From positions 234-64,233 of the forward strand of contig DEIU01000004.1 in NCBI GenBank assembly GCA_002352645.1: a stretch of DNA of 64,000 nt, read 5' to 3'. The stretch comes from Acidimicrobiia bacterium UBA2766 (GTDB taxonomy: Bacteria > Actinomycetota > Acidimicrobiia > UBA2766). Positions 9,434 to 19,664 of the stretch are shown here, one piece after another. Numbering within the stretch: the stretch's first letter is position 1; the number at the start of each line of letters is the position of its first letter. Below the pieces are notes generated by a model that saw only the letters and a program-made list of their open reading frames with translations, was not told where the DNA came from and searched no databases. The position numbers and the translations under genes are program-made.

Positions 9434-9866
9434 GAAGATACTGCTCCCTGTTCGTTTTTCTACGCTTGTTTCTTCCAGGCTGTTTCCAATGATCTCCGGG
9501 CTGAGAGTCTTTGGCCTGCTGAGGTCACACGCTTGGGTTTTGCGTGCCTGAAGGGAAGAAGGCGTGATAAACCTGCGAAAAGAAGCAATTTTGCCGCTTG
9601 GATGGGAATTTGCATAGTGGTATTGCCGAAAATGCAAAAGAAAGACCAGGGACACGGATGGTCGGTCCGTACTGTTTCTTCCAGTCTTTGTCGAAGTTCT
9701 TGTCGTTGGAAAATATGTATTTGTACGCAAATTAGGGATTCGACATAGGTCTTCAGTAGACTCAGCTGTTTCGGTAGGATTCCCGGTTCTCGGAAGAGAT
9801 CATCGTGCTCCTGTAAGAACGCGCACGCACAATATGGAAAGCAAGAAAATAGTGCTGGAAGGGTGG

Positions 9867-11198
9867 TTATGGGCGGGTGAAGGGAAGCGTGACGCTCTCT
9901 GTTTTTGTTTTTGTGTGACCGGGACCACTGACGCGCACTTTTGCAGTGTGTGTGCCAGGATCAATGCCTTTGATGGTGTGAGATCCTTTTCCGGCGTCAA
10001 ATGGGGTCTCTTCCTCATTCAAGCTGACAATGCTTCTCTCCGCATTTGATGCATCCCACTTGATTGTCACGTCATAGCTGAGCGGCCCGGAAGAGGTACT
10101 TGGGGTAAAAGAGACCTTGAATTCTTCAAAAACAGGAATGGGAGCTGTCGGATCTTGCGGCGTGGCAGCCTCTTCTTCGAAGAGGGGAGCATTCGCTGCC
10201 GAAGGGAGCGCGCTGTTTTGTGCTGGATTTTGGGTACTTGTTCCATTCGGGGAGTCGAGGGAGCTGTCGTCCCCATTCCCGGTGAGAAACACGAGGAGAA
10301 GCGTGATGATGAGGATAACCGCAGCGATGGATCCTGCACGCATAGTATTTGTGGCACCTGTCCACCAGTTGTTAAAACGGGTGAAAATCCGCCGAAAATT
10401 TCCGAAGAAAGTTGTGTTTTCGTCTTCTTGTGTGGGAATACCGTGATACTCGAGTTCGTTGTAGACGGTTCTCCGGGTCATGCGAGTGGGAAGATCGGCT
10501 TGCATGCTGGGGAGGTTATGCAGAGGATCGGGGCCAGTGCCCAGTTTGGATTTACAGATCTCGCAATTGTCCGCGTGGCGAAGAATTGGTGTGACAAGAG
10601 TCTCGTCTGGGCGATGTTCCGCAGTGAGCGTCATAAGCCTTGGACACTGGTTGCGAGAATTCGTCCAGATGTGAATAGCATCCGCGAGCTCCCAGGCTGC
10701 TGTTTTTGCCCGCAAGTAAATGCGTCCAGTTTGTTCTGGAGAGGTCTCGAGAACTTGGCCTGCTTGGTCCGGGGTGAGCCCGTAGCGAAGAGCTAAGACC
10801 AGTACGGAACGCTCGACTTCCCCAAGGCTGGCGATGGAAAAATAGCCTTCGAGATTTACCGGTTTAGGCTTTTCGTCTGGGTTGAGAGCTTGCTTGCGTA
10901 GTTCCCTAAACAGCGTTATTAGGCTGGTATCTGGTTTTTTCCCCATAGGGAGCCATCGTCGGGTAGAACGCCATAAGGTGAGGTAGGTCGTGATTAAGGG
11001 ACCGACAGCATCTTGGTCCCTTGGAATGTAGACCCGCGCGTAATCGAACGCCAATGGCAGGGAACGATGTACGAACTCTCCGAATGAGAGGCCTTCGAAT
11101 TCTTGGGGATTAGCTCGTTCTGGAGTAATTGTAGAAGCAGGAAGCATGGAAGGCTCCTGGGCGCAGTGACTCGCGTGATATAACCGCACGCCACCCAT
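9867..11198 (-). CDS. Sigma-70 (ECF-like region 2 + region 4) fused to zinc-finger anti-sigma-like domain, one TM helix and extracytoplasmic Ser/Thr/Pro-rich domain
   Basis: Region 4 HTH (LGEVERSVLVLALRYGLTPDQAGQVLETSPEQTGRIYLRAK), then H-x3-C-x2-C (HADNCEIC), TM segment (AGSIAAVILIITLLLVFL) and a low-complexity extracellular tail. Confidence 0.55.
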   Translation of the reverse strand: MGGVRLYHASHCAQEPSMLPASTITPERANPQEFEGLSFGEFVHRSLPLAFDYARVYIPRDQDAVGPLITTYLTLWRSTRRWLPMGKKPDTSLITLFRELRKQALNPDEKPKPVNLEGYFSIASLGEVERSVLVLALRYGLTPDQAGQVLETSPEQTGRIYLRAKTAAWELADAIHIWTNSRNQCPRLMTLTAEHRPDETLVTPILRHADNCEICKSKLGTGPDPLHNLPSMQADLPTRMTRRTVYNELEYHGIPTQEDENTTFFGNFRRIFTRFNNWWTGATNTMRAGSIAAVILIITLLLVFLTGNGDDSSLDSPNGTSTQNPAQNSALPSAANAPLFEEEAATPQDPTAPIPVFEEFKVSFTPSTSSGPLSYDVTIKWDASNAERSIVSLNEEETPFDAGKGSHTIKGIDPGTHTAKVRVSGPGHTKTKTESVTLPFTRP

Positions 11199-11742
11199 GT
11201 GAGGGGTTTTTTTATGTTCCTAGGGGTTTTCTTGCAACCTCTGAAGTTTTCCTTGGAAAAGTCAGAGGTAATCTTTGGACCTGAGAGTAGTAAGAGCGGG
11301 GTCAACGTTGTCTGACGGTAATCCGCTTTCTTCGGAATGAAGCATTATCGCAGATCTTTTGTGACGGTAGCGGAAGACTCTACTTCTTTTCCAAAGAGGT
11401 TCGTCTGTAGAGCTTTTTTGCGAGATCTGGGTGTTCTTGTGGAAGGATAGTCTTTTGATGATCTCTTTATGCTATCTATAATTGTTTGAGGTTTGCGGGG
11501 GATATTGCCATTGTTGGTGGTCTTTCTATAGAGCACTCGCTTTTCGAGTCGGTCTTACACGAGGGCCCAGGTGGGATTTGGTCTATGTAGGGTTTTTCTT
11601 TTTTCGCTCTGATTTCCCGAAGTGAGCTGCTGAGAAGTGGACTGTTTCTTTTTGCCGGAGCAGTTTGCCTGGATATCGCATCCGGTTTTTTCTGTGTTTT
11701 CTGCTATGCTTCTCCCGCGTTTATTGGTGTTGTACTGGTGTT

Positions 11743-11814
11743 GGCGGAGTAGCTCAGTGGCAGAGCAAACGGCTCATAATCGTTGTGTCGGCGGTTCGAA
11801 CCCGCCCTCCGCCA
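11743..11814 (+). tRNA. tRNA-Met (anticodon CAT; G1-C72 pair so elongator type, or possibly tRNA-Ile2/LAU)
   Basis: GGCGGAGTAGCTCAGTGGCAGAGCAAACGGCTCATAATCGTTGTGTCGGCGGTTCGAACCCGCCCTCCGCCA gives a cloverleaf with anticodon loop CT-CAT-AA. Confidence 0.8.
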
Positions 11815-12211
11815 CTCTTTTTATATGACTTCTTGGTGTATTTTTTCTGCGTTTTTTGTAGGAGTTTACTTTCCCGATAAAGCAGCTCTTAATCTGCGTT
11901 CATGCTACAAGGGGTGTGACGCAGGGAGCGTCGGAATGTTTTTCTGAAAATGCTGATGGCGCTTTTTTGGGCAGATTTTCTCGAGTAAACACTGTGCTGT
12001 GTTGTGTGTGTATCGCGTGGGGGACCGGTCTATTTCTCGCTTTTGCAGATCTGTTATGCGCTCTGTCTGTAAATTCCGGTTTGTCGGTGTTCTTATGCTT
12101 TCTCCGGAGAGGTTTTCCTAGACTCTCTAGGTGCGACTACCTCTTGGAGTATTCTGAAGTGGAGATCCGGGGGGGAAATCAGGGTATGGGCTGAGAGTTT
12201 TCAACGAAGTC

Positions 12212-13018
12212 TTGCGGAAAAGTTGGATTTCTCTGATGAAGGCGTCGCCGGGTTCTTTTTACCCTGGTCGTTGCTGGTCTATCCATAGTCCGCTCCATAG
12301 TCCGCTCGGTCATGGTTTTGCTGGGGGCATCCTTGGTGTCTGCGTTCTCTGGATTGTGGAAGAGCGACTTTGTGCGGAAGCGTCGAGCTGTTTTGCCGTT
12401 TTTCTGGTAACCGATGCCAGTGGTTGCCGTGTCGAATTTCTGAATACAACGGAGCCGTCCTTGAAGATAGATCCCTCTCTCGTCGAAAGGGCTGGGAAAG
12501 GCGATCCTGATGCGTTTGAGGAGATTGTTCGCCTCACCCATAGCGATATGTTTGGACTAGCGTACCGTCTTCTTGGTAATGAGGATGACGCTCGGGATGT
12601 CCTGCAAGACGCTTATTTAAGAGTGTATCGCTCTTTGAAAAAGTTCCGAGGGGACGCTCAGTTTTCAACTTGGATGTATCGGATCGTAGCGAACACGGCC
12701 TACACATATATGCGGAAACGGCAAAAACATCGTGCGGAACGTCTCGATGGTATTGAAGAGCCAGAATCTGAGTCGGTGCGGCCCGAGGACGCGTCAACGA
12801 ACACTGATTTGCGGGAACGTTTGAAGCAGTGTCTCCTGGCTCTTCCCCCTGATCAGCGGGTAGTGGTGGTGATGAAAGACATTTACGATCTGCCGCATGA
12901 GGATATTGCGAAAGAGCTCGGCATTTCTGTGACGGCCGCCAAAGTGCGGTTACACCGAGCGCGAAAGCGTTTGCGTGCAAGTCTGGAGTCGGAAGGAGCG
13001 ATAGATGCTGTTTCGTAG
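12212..13018 (+). CDS. ECF-type RNA polymerase sigma factor (sigma-70 regions 2 and 4)
   Basis: Region 2 (FEEIVRLTHSDMFGLAYRLLGNEDDARDVLQDAYLRVYRSLKKF...STWMYRIVAN) and region 4 (VVVMKDIYDLPHEDIAKELGISVTAAKVRLHRARKRL). The ORF maximum is given; the true start may be an internal TTG near 12461. Confidence 0.75.
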   Translation: MRKSWISLMKASPGSFYPGRCWSIHSPLHSPLGHGFAGGILGVCVLWIVEERLCAEASSCFAVFLVTDASGCRVEFLNTTEPSLKIDPSLVERAGKGDPDAFEEIVRLTHSDMFGLAYRLLGNEDDARDVLQDAYLRVYRSLKKFRGDAQFSTWMYRIVANTAYTYMRKRQKHRAERLDGIEEPESESVRPEDASTNTDLRERLKQCLLALPPDQRVVVVMKDIYDLPHEDIAKELGISVTAAKVRLHRARKRLRASLESEGAIDAVS

Positions 13019-13460
13019 GAGGGAACCCTCCGAAGCGAAACCAGATGCCGGGCAGATGCAGGCGGAAAAAGCAGATATCGTCGCAGCTTCTTTCGATTTA
13101 CCTGAGGAGCCCCGTCGAATTAAAAAGCATGATATCGACAGATATCTGGCTTTGCAGGATGATGAAGCGACCTATCAGCAGATGATCCGTATGCTCGGAA
13201 GTCTACGAAACGAGTCTCCGAGCGCATCGGCTGGAGACCTTGTGGACGAGGTGCTGGCCTATGTCTTTGTCGAGGGAGACCAGCAAATGAAGCGTCGTCT
13301 CCTGATATTCCTGAAAGCAGGGGGATTGGCTGCCTTGGTGGGGGGGGTAGTGGTTGTTGTGACAGTGCTCGGGCGGAACCCTCGTGTGGGGTCGCGTGTC
13401 GCAGAGTCGACGCGTCGTGGTCGAGAGATCTTTCTTTCTCGGGCAGCCGGGGGCAGGTGA
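13005..13460 (+). CDS. Putative membrane anti-sigma factor (overlaps sigma gene stop)
   Basis: 151-aa ORF overlapping the sigma-factor stop by 14 nt, with a single TM helix (LAALVGGVVVVVTVL). No zinc motif; call rests on context. Confidence 0.4.
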   Translation: MLFRRREPSEAKPDAGQMQAEKADIVAASFDLPEEPRRIKKHDIDRYLALQDDEATYQQMIRMLGSLRNESPSASAGDLVDEVLAYVFVEGDQQMKRRLLIFLKAGGLAALVGGVVVVVTVLGRNPRVGSRVAESTRRGREIFLSRAAGGR

Positions 13461-13964
13461 CAATAATGTTCTTCGCGATTTCTTTTCAGGGAAAAGTGAT
13501 GTCCGGGAGAAGTGACGCTATACTCAGTCGGTATCGCTGATGTTTTCCATCGGGTCATAGGTCGGACGTCACCTGTGCCAGGTCCGTCTGTCCTGGAATA
13601 TGCTTGCAGAAGGCGTGTGTTTTCACCTTTTCTCCAAAAGTGTTTTTCCAGGGATCCTTTGAAGTCCAGGAATTTCCCGAGGTGATACTCTGGGAATGTC
13701 GTAAAGTCAGTCTCGTTTTCTTTCTCAAAAGTGTTTGGGCAAGGTTCCGGGAAGGTTTTTATGCACGAGAGTAAGATCTTTTCGAGAAGTGCTTTTCAGC
13801 GCTTTCTCCGAGGGTTTTGCTGTAAGAAGCTTTCGGGCAAGAGTTCTGCGGCCGAGGCTGGTGTGTCAAACCGGCCAAAGACTTTTGAGGAGAGCAGTTG
13901 TGTTTTTTCCGTAAAAGTGGCAGGGGGAAAGCCAACTGCCGAGCGGATGGAATTTGCAGCGCAG

Positions 13965-14038
13965 AGGGGCGTAGCTCAATCTGGTAGAGCACTGGTCTCC
14001 AAAACCAGCGGTTGAGGGTTCAAATCCTTCCGCCCCTG
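13965..14038 (+). tRNA. tRNA-Trp (anticodon CCA)
   Basis: AGGGGCGTAGCTCAATCTGGTAGAGCACTGGTCTCCAAAACCAGCGGTTGAGGGTTCAAATCCTTCCGCCCCTG is near-identical in architecture to E. coli tRNA-Trp and sits at the conserved tRNA-Trp-secE-nusG position. Confidence 0.85.
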
Positions 14039-14174
14039 CAAGATGATGTCTTCCGTTTTCCTATGCCACACAGGTATTGGGAACGGTTGGTGTTGCGAGC
14101 AGGGTGCTCTAGAAGTGAGAGCAGCAGGCCACGGGGTGCTCTTCGGGTTTGCAGGAGAGTGACAAGGATCGTTT

Positions 14175-14474
14175 GTGAACCGACAGCTACGGCGGATGCA
14201 GGCTAAACAAGAGGCCGTTGAACAGCGGAAGCAGCAGTCTGCTCAGGTGCGTCAACAGGCCCAAAAAAAAGCCGTGCAGGAACAAAAACGTGTAGGAACA
14301 CGTCAGTTCACACGTGAAGTCATAGGCGAGATGCGAAAAGTGCTCTGGCCAACACAAGAACAAGTCAGAAATTCGACTTTGGTCGTGCTTGTCACTGTGT
14401 TTCTTCTTACCGGCTATATCTATATTGCTGACACATTGTTTAACAGTCTTATTTTCGAGGTGGTGTTCAGGTGA
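14175..14474 (+). CDS. secE: Preprotein translocase subunit SecE (with basic/Gln-rich N-terminal extension)
   Basis: C-terminal TM helix ([22 protein letters not shown]) and the conserved position before nusG. Confidence 0.8.
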   Translation: MNRQLRRMQAKQEAVEQRKQQSAQVRQQAQKKAVQEQKRVGTRQFTREVIGEMRKVLWPTQEQVRNSTLVVLVTVFLLTGYIYIADTLFNSLIFEVVFR

Positions 14475-15148
14475 GTGGCACCGTCGAGGGCGGATTGCAA
14501 GAGGATCTCTCATATTCTGAGGGAGACATCAGTGAGACTATCGAAGAAGATGTCACACGTGTTTTGCCTGTCGATACTGATGAGGACGACGAAGACGAAC
14601 TAGCGGAAACGAGTCCGTACGATAAGCCGGGTCAGTGGTATGTTGTTCATACTTATGCTGGTCAGGAGAATCAGGCAAAATCAAACCTCGAGAGCCGTAT
14701 CGTCTCCATGAACCAGGAGGACGATATTTACGAAGCGATCATTCCGATGGAGGATGTGATCGAATTCAAAGCGGGCAAGAAGCAGGTTGTCCCCAAAAAG
14801 ATTTTTCCTGGCTATCTCTTGGTTCGTATGTATGTGACAGACGAGGGATGGAATTGTGTTCGGCACACTCCTGGGATCACAGGTTTTGTGAGTTCTGGCA
14901 CTCGGCCTGTCCCGCTCACCCGTAAAGAGGTCGAGCGTATTCTCCAGGTGAAACCAGACAAGAAGGTCAAGCCGAAGCTCGACTGGGATGTGGGCGAGAA
15001 TGTCCGCGTCATGGGAGGGCCCTTCGCTGATTTCAATGGCACGATTTCCGAAATCAATGTCGATCAGTCCAAGCTCAAAGTGCTTGTCAATATTTTTGGG
15101 CGAGAGACTCCGGTCGAACTTGGTTTCGACCAAGTGGAAAAACTCTGA
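14471..15148 (+). CDS. nusG: Transcription termination/antitermination factor NusG (acidic N-terminal extension)
   Basis: NGN ([15 protein letters not shown]) and KOW ([21 protein letters not shown]) motifs; GTG start overlaps the secE stop. Confidence 0.85.
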   Translation: MSGTVEGGLQEDLSYSEGDISETIEEDVTRVLPVDTDEDDEDELAETSPYDKPGQWYVVHTYAGQENQAKSNLESRIVSMNQEDDIYEAIIPMEDVIEFKAGKKQVVPKKIFPGYLLVRMYVTDEGWNCVRHTPGITGFVSSGTRPVPLTRKEVERILQVKPDKKVKPKLDWDVGENVRVMGGPFADFNGTISEINVDQSKLKVLVNIFGRETPVELGFDQVEKL

Positions 15149-15392
15149 GGCGGTTTTTCGGCGGATTTGCTCTGATTTAGCTTTCAGTCTGACGTAGAGG
15201 AAAACAAGAATTCCTCGATAATGATCTCTGCCTTCTGACTGCGTTTCCTTTTTTCAGGATCCATGAGCGAGGGAGTGCTGCATGGGGCTCAGGACAGAGT
15301 GAGTGTTTATTGTTTTACTGTGCGTGCTTTTTCTCGGAGTATTTGCGCTTCGCGAATCGCGCGGATGAAGAATACTTATAGGAGAATTACTA

Positions 15393-15821
15393 ATGGCACG
15401 CAAGAAAGTTACGGCTGTGGTGAAGTTGCAGATCCCTGCCGGTCAAGCGAGCCCTGCCCCTCCAGTGGGAACCGCGTTGGGGCCTCATGGTGTGGCAATC
15501 ATGGATTTTTGCAAGACCTACAATGCCCAGACCCAGAGTAAAATGGGGCAAATCGTTCCTGTTGAGATTACGATTTTCGAAGACCGCTCTTTTACGTTTA
15601 AAACGAAAACTCCCCCAACTTCTTTTTTGCTCATGCAGGCTGCAGGTATTGAAAAAGGGGCTGCCGACCCTTTGCGTGAGCGGGGAATTGGCTCTGTGAC
15701 CGGGGATGAGGTGCGCAGGATAGCAGAAGAGAAAATGCCGGACCTCAATGCAAAGGACCTGGAAGGGGCCGTGAAAATGGTCGAAGGGACCGCCCGCTCC
15801 ATGGGTATTGCAGTCTCTTGA
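15393..15821 (+). CDS. rplK: 50S ribosomal protein L11
   Basis: [45 protein letters not shown]. Confidence 0.9.
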   Translation: MARKKVTAVVKLQIPAGQASPAPPVGTALGPHGVAIMDFCKTYNAQTQSKMGQIVPVEITIFEDRSFTFKTKTPPTSFLLMQAAGIEKGAADPLRERGIGSVTGDEVRRIAEEKMPDLNAKDLEGAVKMVEGTARSMGIAVS

Positions 15822-16276
15822 CTGTCTTGACCTGCCGGCATCCATAGTGCTGTCTGCTGCCTGGTTGGTGTGTAGGGTCAGTCTGTGATCATGCCGGGCC
15901 GTGGCGAGTTTTCCTCCATATTCTCTCCGCGTTCTGGAACAGGAAAAATACGGGATTCTCCGCCAACACTGGCCGGCGAAAATCCTCAGTTTTCCTGGTT
16001 CTTCCTTGTCGAGATGTCTCTGGCAGAAGAGATGGAGACTCTTCCGCTTCGTCATTTTTCGGCGAAGCTATCGGGGGAGCTGCTGAGGGAAGGTTGCTTC
16101 CCGGCTGTTTTTCTCGGTGAAGGCCTGCGAAAACTTCTGAAGGTCTGTGTACAAGATCTGAAAAGGCGGGGACTAGGGGAGAGCATCGCTTCGGAAGCGA
16201 AGCAAAAATGGGGGAATGGATTGGGAGATACCTCCACCGGAGGTATTGTTTGCACCAATACTGAGAGGAAATAGGC

Positions 16277-16981
16277 ATGCGAAAACGCTGCAAGCGCTAT
16301 GAAAATGCCAAGCGTAATTATGATGTGGACGCTAGGTATAATCCGATTGAGGCGTTGTCTCTTATGAAAAGGATGGCGACAGCCAAATTCGATGAGTCAA
16401 TTGATCTTGCTGTGCGGTTGGGGATCGATCCCCGCAAGGCTGATCAGATAGTGCGCGGTACTGTGGCGCTTCCGCACGGAACGGGTAAAGACGTGCGAGT
16501 GGCTGTTTTTACCCAGGGTGCCGGCATAAAGGCTGCAGAGGAAGCCGGCGCTGACTTTGCCGGCGGAGATGAGCTGATTGCCGAAGTGGAAGGTGGCATG
16601 CTCGCTTTTGATGTTGCGATAGCGTCGCCCGACATGATGGGGAAGGTGGGGAAGCTCGGGAAGGTGCTTGGCCCGCGCGGTTTGATGCCAAACCCCAAGT
16701 CAGGAACGGTCACACCGAAAGTCGCTGAAGCAGTCGGCGAATTCAAGACAGGCCGCCTGGAATATCGCAACGACCGACAGGGCAATGTGCATCTTCCCGT
16801 CGGAAAAGCGAGTTTTGATGTGAACAAGCTGTTTGATAACTACATGGCCGTCATGGAAGAGCTCTACCGGGCAAAGCCTGCTCCCGCGAAAGGGCAGTAT
16901 GTGCGGAATGCTTCCCTGAGTTCGACAATGGGTCCATCGGTAAGGTTGGATTTGTCGAATTTGATGCCCTCGCTTGATTGA
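16277..16981 (+). CDS. rplA: 50S ribosomal protein L1
   Basis: FDESIDLAVRLGIDPRKADQIVRGTVALPHGTGK. Confidence 0.9.
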   Translation: MRKRCKRYENAKRNYDVDARYNPIEALSLMKRMATAKFDESIDLAVRLGIDPRKADQIVRGTVALPHGTGKDVRVAVFTQGAGIKAAEEAGADFAGGDELIAEVEGGMLAFDVAIASPDMMGKVGKLGKVLGPRGLMPNPKSGTVTPKVAEAVGEFKTGRLEYRNDRQGNVHLPVGKASFDVNKLFDNYMAVMEELYRAKPAPAKGQYVRNASLSSTMGPSVRLDLSNLMPSLD

Positions 16982-17945
16982 GTGAGTGCAGTTTGAGTCG
17001 CTCGCCCTTGTGCTTTTGCAGATTTTTCTGGCTTTTTCAAATTTCTATTGTGAAGTGTATCCAGAGTGAAGGTACCAGGGAAGTTTCTCGTGCAGTGGTT
17101 TCGTGAACTTCTCGAGGGCGAGGACTTTTTCTCGCGAGATAGTTGGAAATGGCGATTGAGGGAAAGTGGCTTTGTGGGGGAAGATCCCTGCGAGTATTTC
17201 TTTTTGGTCGTCTTTTCCAAGGTTTTGGGCAGATTTTTTGCTGAAGATGGGTTTTTGCCCGAGGCATGACCTGGAATCGTAGAGAAAACACAAGGAAGTT
17301 GTAGGAGGGGAATGCCCTGTGCTAGAATCTCCTTCTGCGCCGAAGAAGGCAGGTCCCTCACGGGTAATACACCGTATGAAGGTGTTTCCTGCTCAGGTGG
17401 TAATTTTGGCAGCGGACTGACAGGGACATTTCTCAATATCTAAGTGTCGTCCGTTTTGTTGAATCCTCTTCTTCTGCTTTTTGACTTTTGCCGTAGTGCT
17501 GTGTGTTTTGCGCGGGATTTTGATCTCGCAGTGTGCAGTCTATTGTCATTATGCCGCTTCTGGCACGATCGCGATAGTTCAGATATGCGGTAAGGGTGTT
17601 CCGTGAAGGACAAGCCTGGAAGGCTTGCGGAGGTTCTCGGTTGTGAGGGCTTTCTTTCAAGGAAAGAGCAGAAAGAAGGCGATAGATTGCCTCTGGGTTG
17701 GGCCAACGTAGGTTATCCAGTAATTTGCCCATGTTTCTGACAGAGGTGTTCTGGCGGAGTTATTGCTCAGCCGGTTGTGATCCAGTCGGGTCAAGGGGCG
17801 GTGGCTGGACCTGGGCGGAAGAAAACGCAAGACATGCGCGTTCTTCTTGTCTTGTGGTCAAGTATTTTCTTCTTTGGTATTGCTGATTCCTCTGTCGGGG
17901 CCGTGGCCGTGTAAGTGTCCGGGTCCGATCGTATCGGAGACGCCC

Positions 17946-18488
17946 ATGACGACTGTCCAGACAAGAGCCCCGCGACCGGAAAAGGTCGCAAAAGTGGAAG
18001 AGATTTCCACTTTTTTTGAGGAGGCACATGCTGTGCTCCTCACGGAATATCGTGGTCTGCCTGTCAGTGTTTTGCAGGATTTGCGGAAGCGTCTGCGAGA
18101 GTCTGATGCCCGTTATGTTGTGGTGAAGTGCAGTCTTGCCCGTCTTGCTGTGGAAAAACTTGGCATTTCGGACGTTGCTCCTATGCTGTTCGGTCCCACA
18201 GCTTTGGTTTTGTGTGGCGAAGACATTGGTGCTGCTGCCAAGACTGTCAAGGATTTCGCGAAAGAGAATGAGGCTCTTGTTCTCAAGGGCGGCTACCTTG
18301 AGGGCTCCGCTGTGGGCGAAGCCGACGTGCAAGCCCTTGCATCCCTCCCGAGTCGTTCTGTACTTCTCAGTCAAATTGCAGGCTTGCTGCAAGCCCCGAC
18401 TCAGCAGATGGCTACTTTGTTGCAAGCCCCGATTGTGGAAGTGTCAGGTTTGTTCCAGGCGTTGGTAGACAAGCGGGAAGCCGGCTGA
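17946..18488 (+). CDS. rplJ: 50S ribosomal protein L10
   Basis: MTTVQTRAPRPEKVAKVEEIST...LLTEYRGLPVSVLQDLRKRLRE; ATG at 17946 chosen inside ORF 17847..18488. Confidence 0.85.
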   Translation: MTTVQTRAPRPEKVAKVEEISTFFEEAHAVLLTEYRGLPVSVLQDLRKRLRESDARYVVVKCSLARLAVEKLGISDVAPMLFGPTALVLCGEDIGAAAKTVKDFAKENEALVLKGGYLEGSAVGEADVQALASLPSRSVLLSQIAGLLQAPTQQMATLLQAPIVEVSGLFQALVDKREAG

Positions 18489-18572
18489 CGTTTTCCCCCT
18501 ACTTTTTTAGCAGCAGTATTGTCTGCTTATTTTTCTTGAGTTTGTGTGATCGGAGAAGAGAGGAAGATCGCA

Positions 18573-18956
18573 ATGGCAAAAATTTCTACTGAAGACCTTT
18601 TGGCTACCTTTGAAGAGATGACAATCCTTGAGTTGAAGGATTTCAAGGACGCTTTCGAAGAGCGTTTTGATGTCACTGCTGCTGCCGCCCCTGTTATGAT
18701 GGCGATGGCCACTGGTGCTGAAGCCGGTGAACCCGCTGAAGAACAGACCGAATTTGATCTTATTCTTACGAGCGCGGGGGATAAGAAGATCCAGGTCATT
18801 AAAGAAGTGCGAAGCTTGACGAGCCTGGGGCTGAAAGAAGCCAAAGAAGTCGTTGACAGCGCGCCGAAGCCAATTCTCGAGGGTGTAAGTAAAGAGGACG
18901 TGGAAGCCGGAAAAGAGAAAATCGAAGCTGCCGGAGGCAGTGTCGAGATCAAGTAA
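18573..18956 (+). CDS. rplL: 50S ribosomal protein L7/L12
   Basis: [34 protein letters not shown]...[42 protein letters not shown]; RBS GGAGAAGAGAGGAAG upstream. Confidence 0.9.
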   Translation: MAKISTEDLLATFEEMTILELKDFKDAFEERFDVTAAAAPVMMAMATGAEAGEPAEEQTEFDLILTSAGDKKIQVIKEVRSLTSLGLKEAKEVVDSAPKPILEGVSKEDVEAGKEKIEAAGGSVEIK

Positions 18957-19583
18957 TGGGCGTTCTTCCTTGGAAGGGGCCATTTTCTTTCCAAAGTCTC
19001 ATGAGAAGCGAATGTGTTGCCAGACTGCTGTCTTCAGCACACGATTTTTTTCGTATGCGGCTCTGGTGAGTTTGTTTTTTTGGTATCTGGCATGATTTTC
19101 CATGCCAGATACCGAGTATTTCATGACCTCAGAGGGTCGTGAAACAGGTTTTTGCCCGCTCTGTGTGGTGGGGCGAATCGGGTTTTCTACCAGAGGAGCC
19201 TGTTGCCGGCGGTTTTATGGCCGCTCTTATGCAAACATGATGAGCTGTCCGTCCCATGCTTGTCTGCTTTTTGTCTTACTGGACGCAAAGAGGCAAGAGG
19301 AGGGAGAATAGTTCTTCTCGTGTTTTGCCCGCTTTTGATAGTTGTAAACTGCAAAAAACAGTTGGTTGGTGACTATGTATGTTATGCGGGTTGTATGACA
19401 CCCATTGACGTGGGCGTGGAGTCAGCGTACTCTGGGTGTAGGCAACAAAAATCCGTGAGATGCAGGGGAGGCCGCATCTCTACTGGGCAGAACAAAATCC
19501 GATGACTGAAACTAGCGCACATGCAGGAAGCTGCAGTGAGCTGGAAGTGCTGTTGTAAAAAAGTATGAGTGATGCTGAAAATA

Positions 19584-19612
19584 TTGACAATATGTCAGCA
19601 TCCTCTTAGAAT
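19584..19612 (+). promoter_or_regulatory. Consensus sigma-70 promoter upstream of rpoB (TTGACA-17bp-TAGAAT)
   Basis: ttgacaATATGTCAGCATCCTCTtagaat read directly, about 50 nt upstream of the rpoB TTG start. Confidence 0.45.
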
Positions 19613-19664
19613 TACAGATCGCTCTGTCCATGTGCATCTGTTGCCTGAAAAGGAGTGAGGCCCT

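Noticed and set aside
11743-11814. Possibility that the CAT tRNA is initiator tRNA-fMet
   Set aside because: Acceptor stem begins G1-C72 (GGCGGAG/CTCCGCC) rather than the C1xA72 mismatch of bacterial initiators. It also lacks the three consecutive G-C pairs in the anticodon stem.
17066-17269. 67-aa ORF in rplJ leader
   Set aside because: More plausibly part of a structured L10 leader RNA. No homology signal or convincing RBS; not called as CDS.
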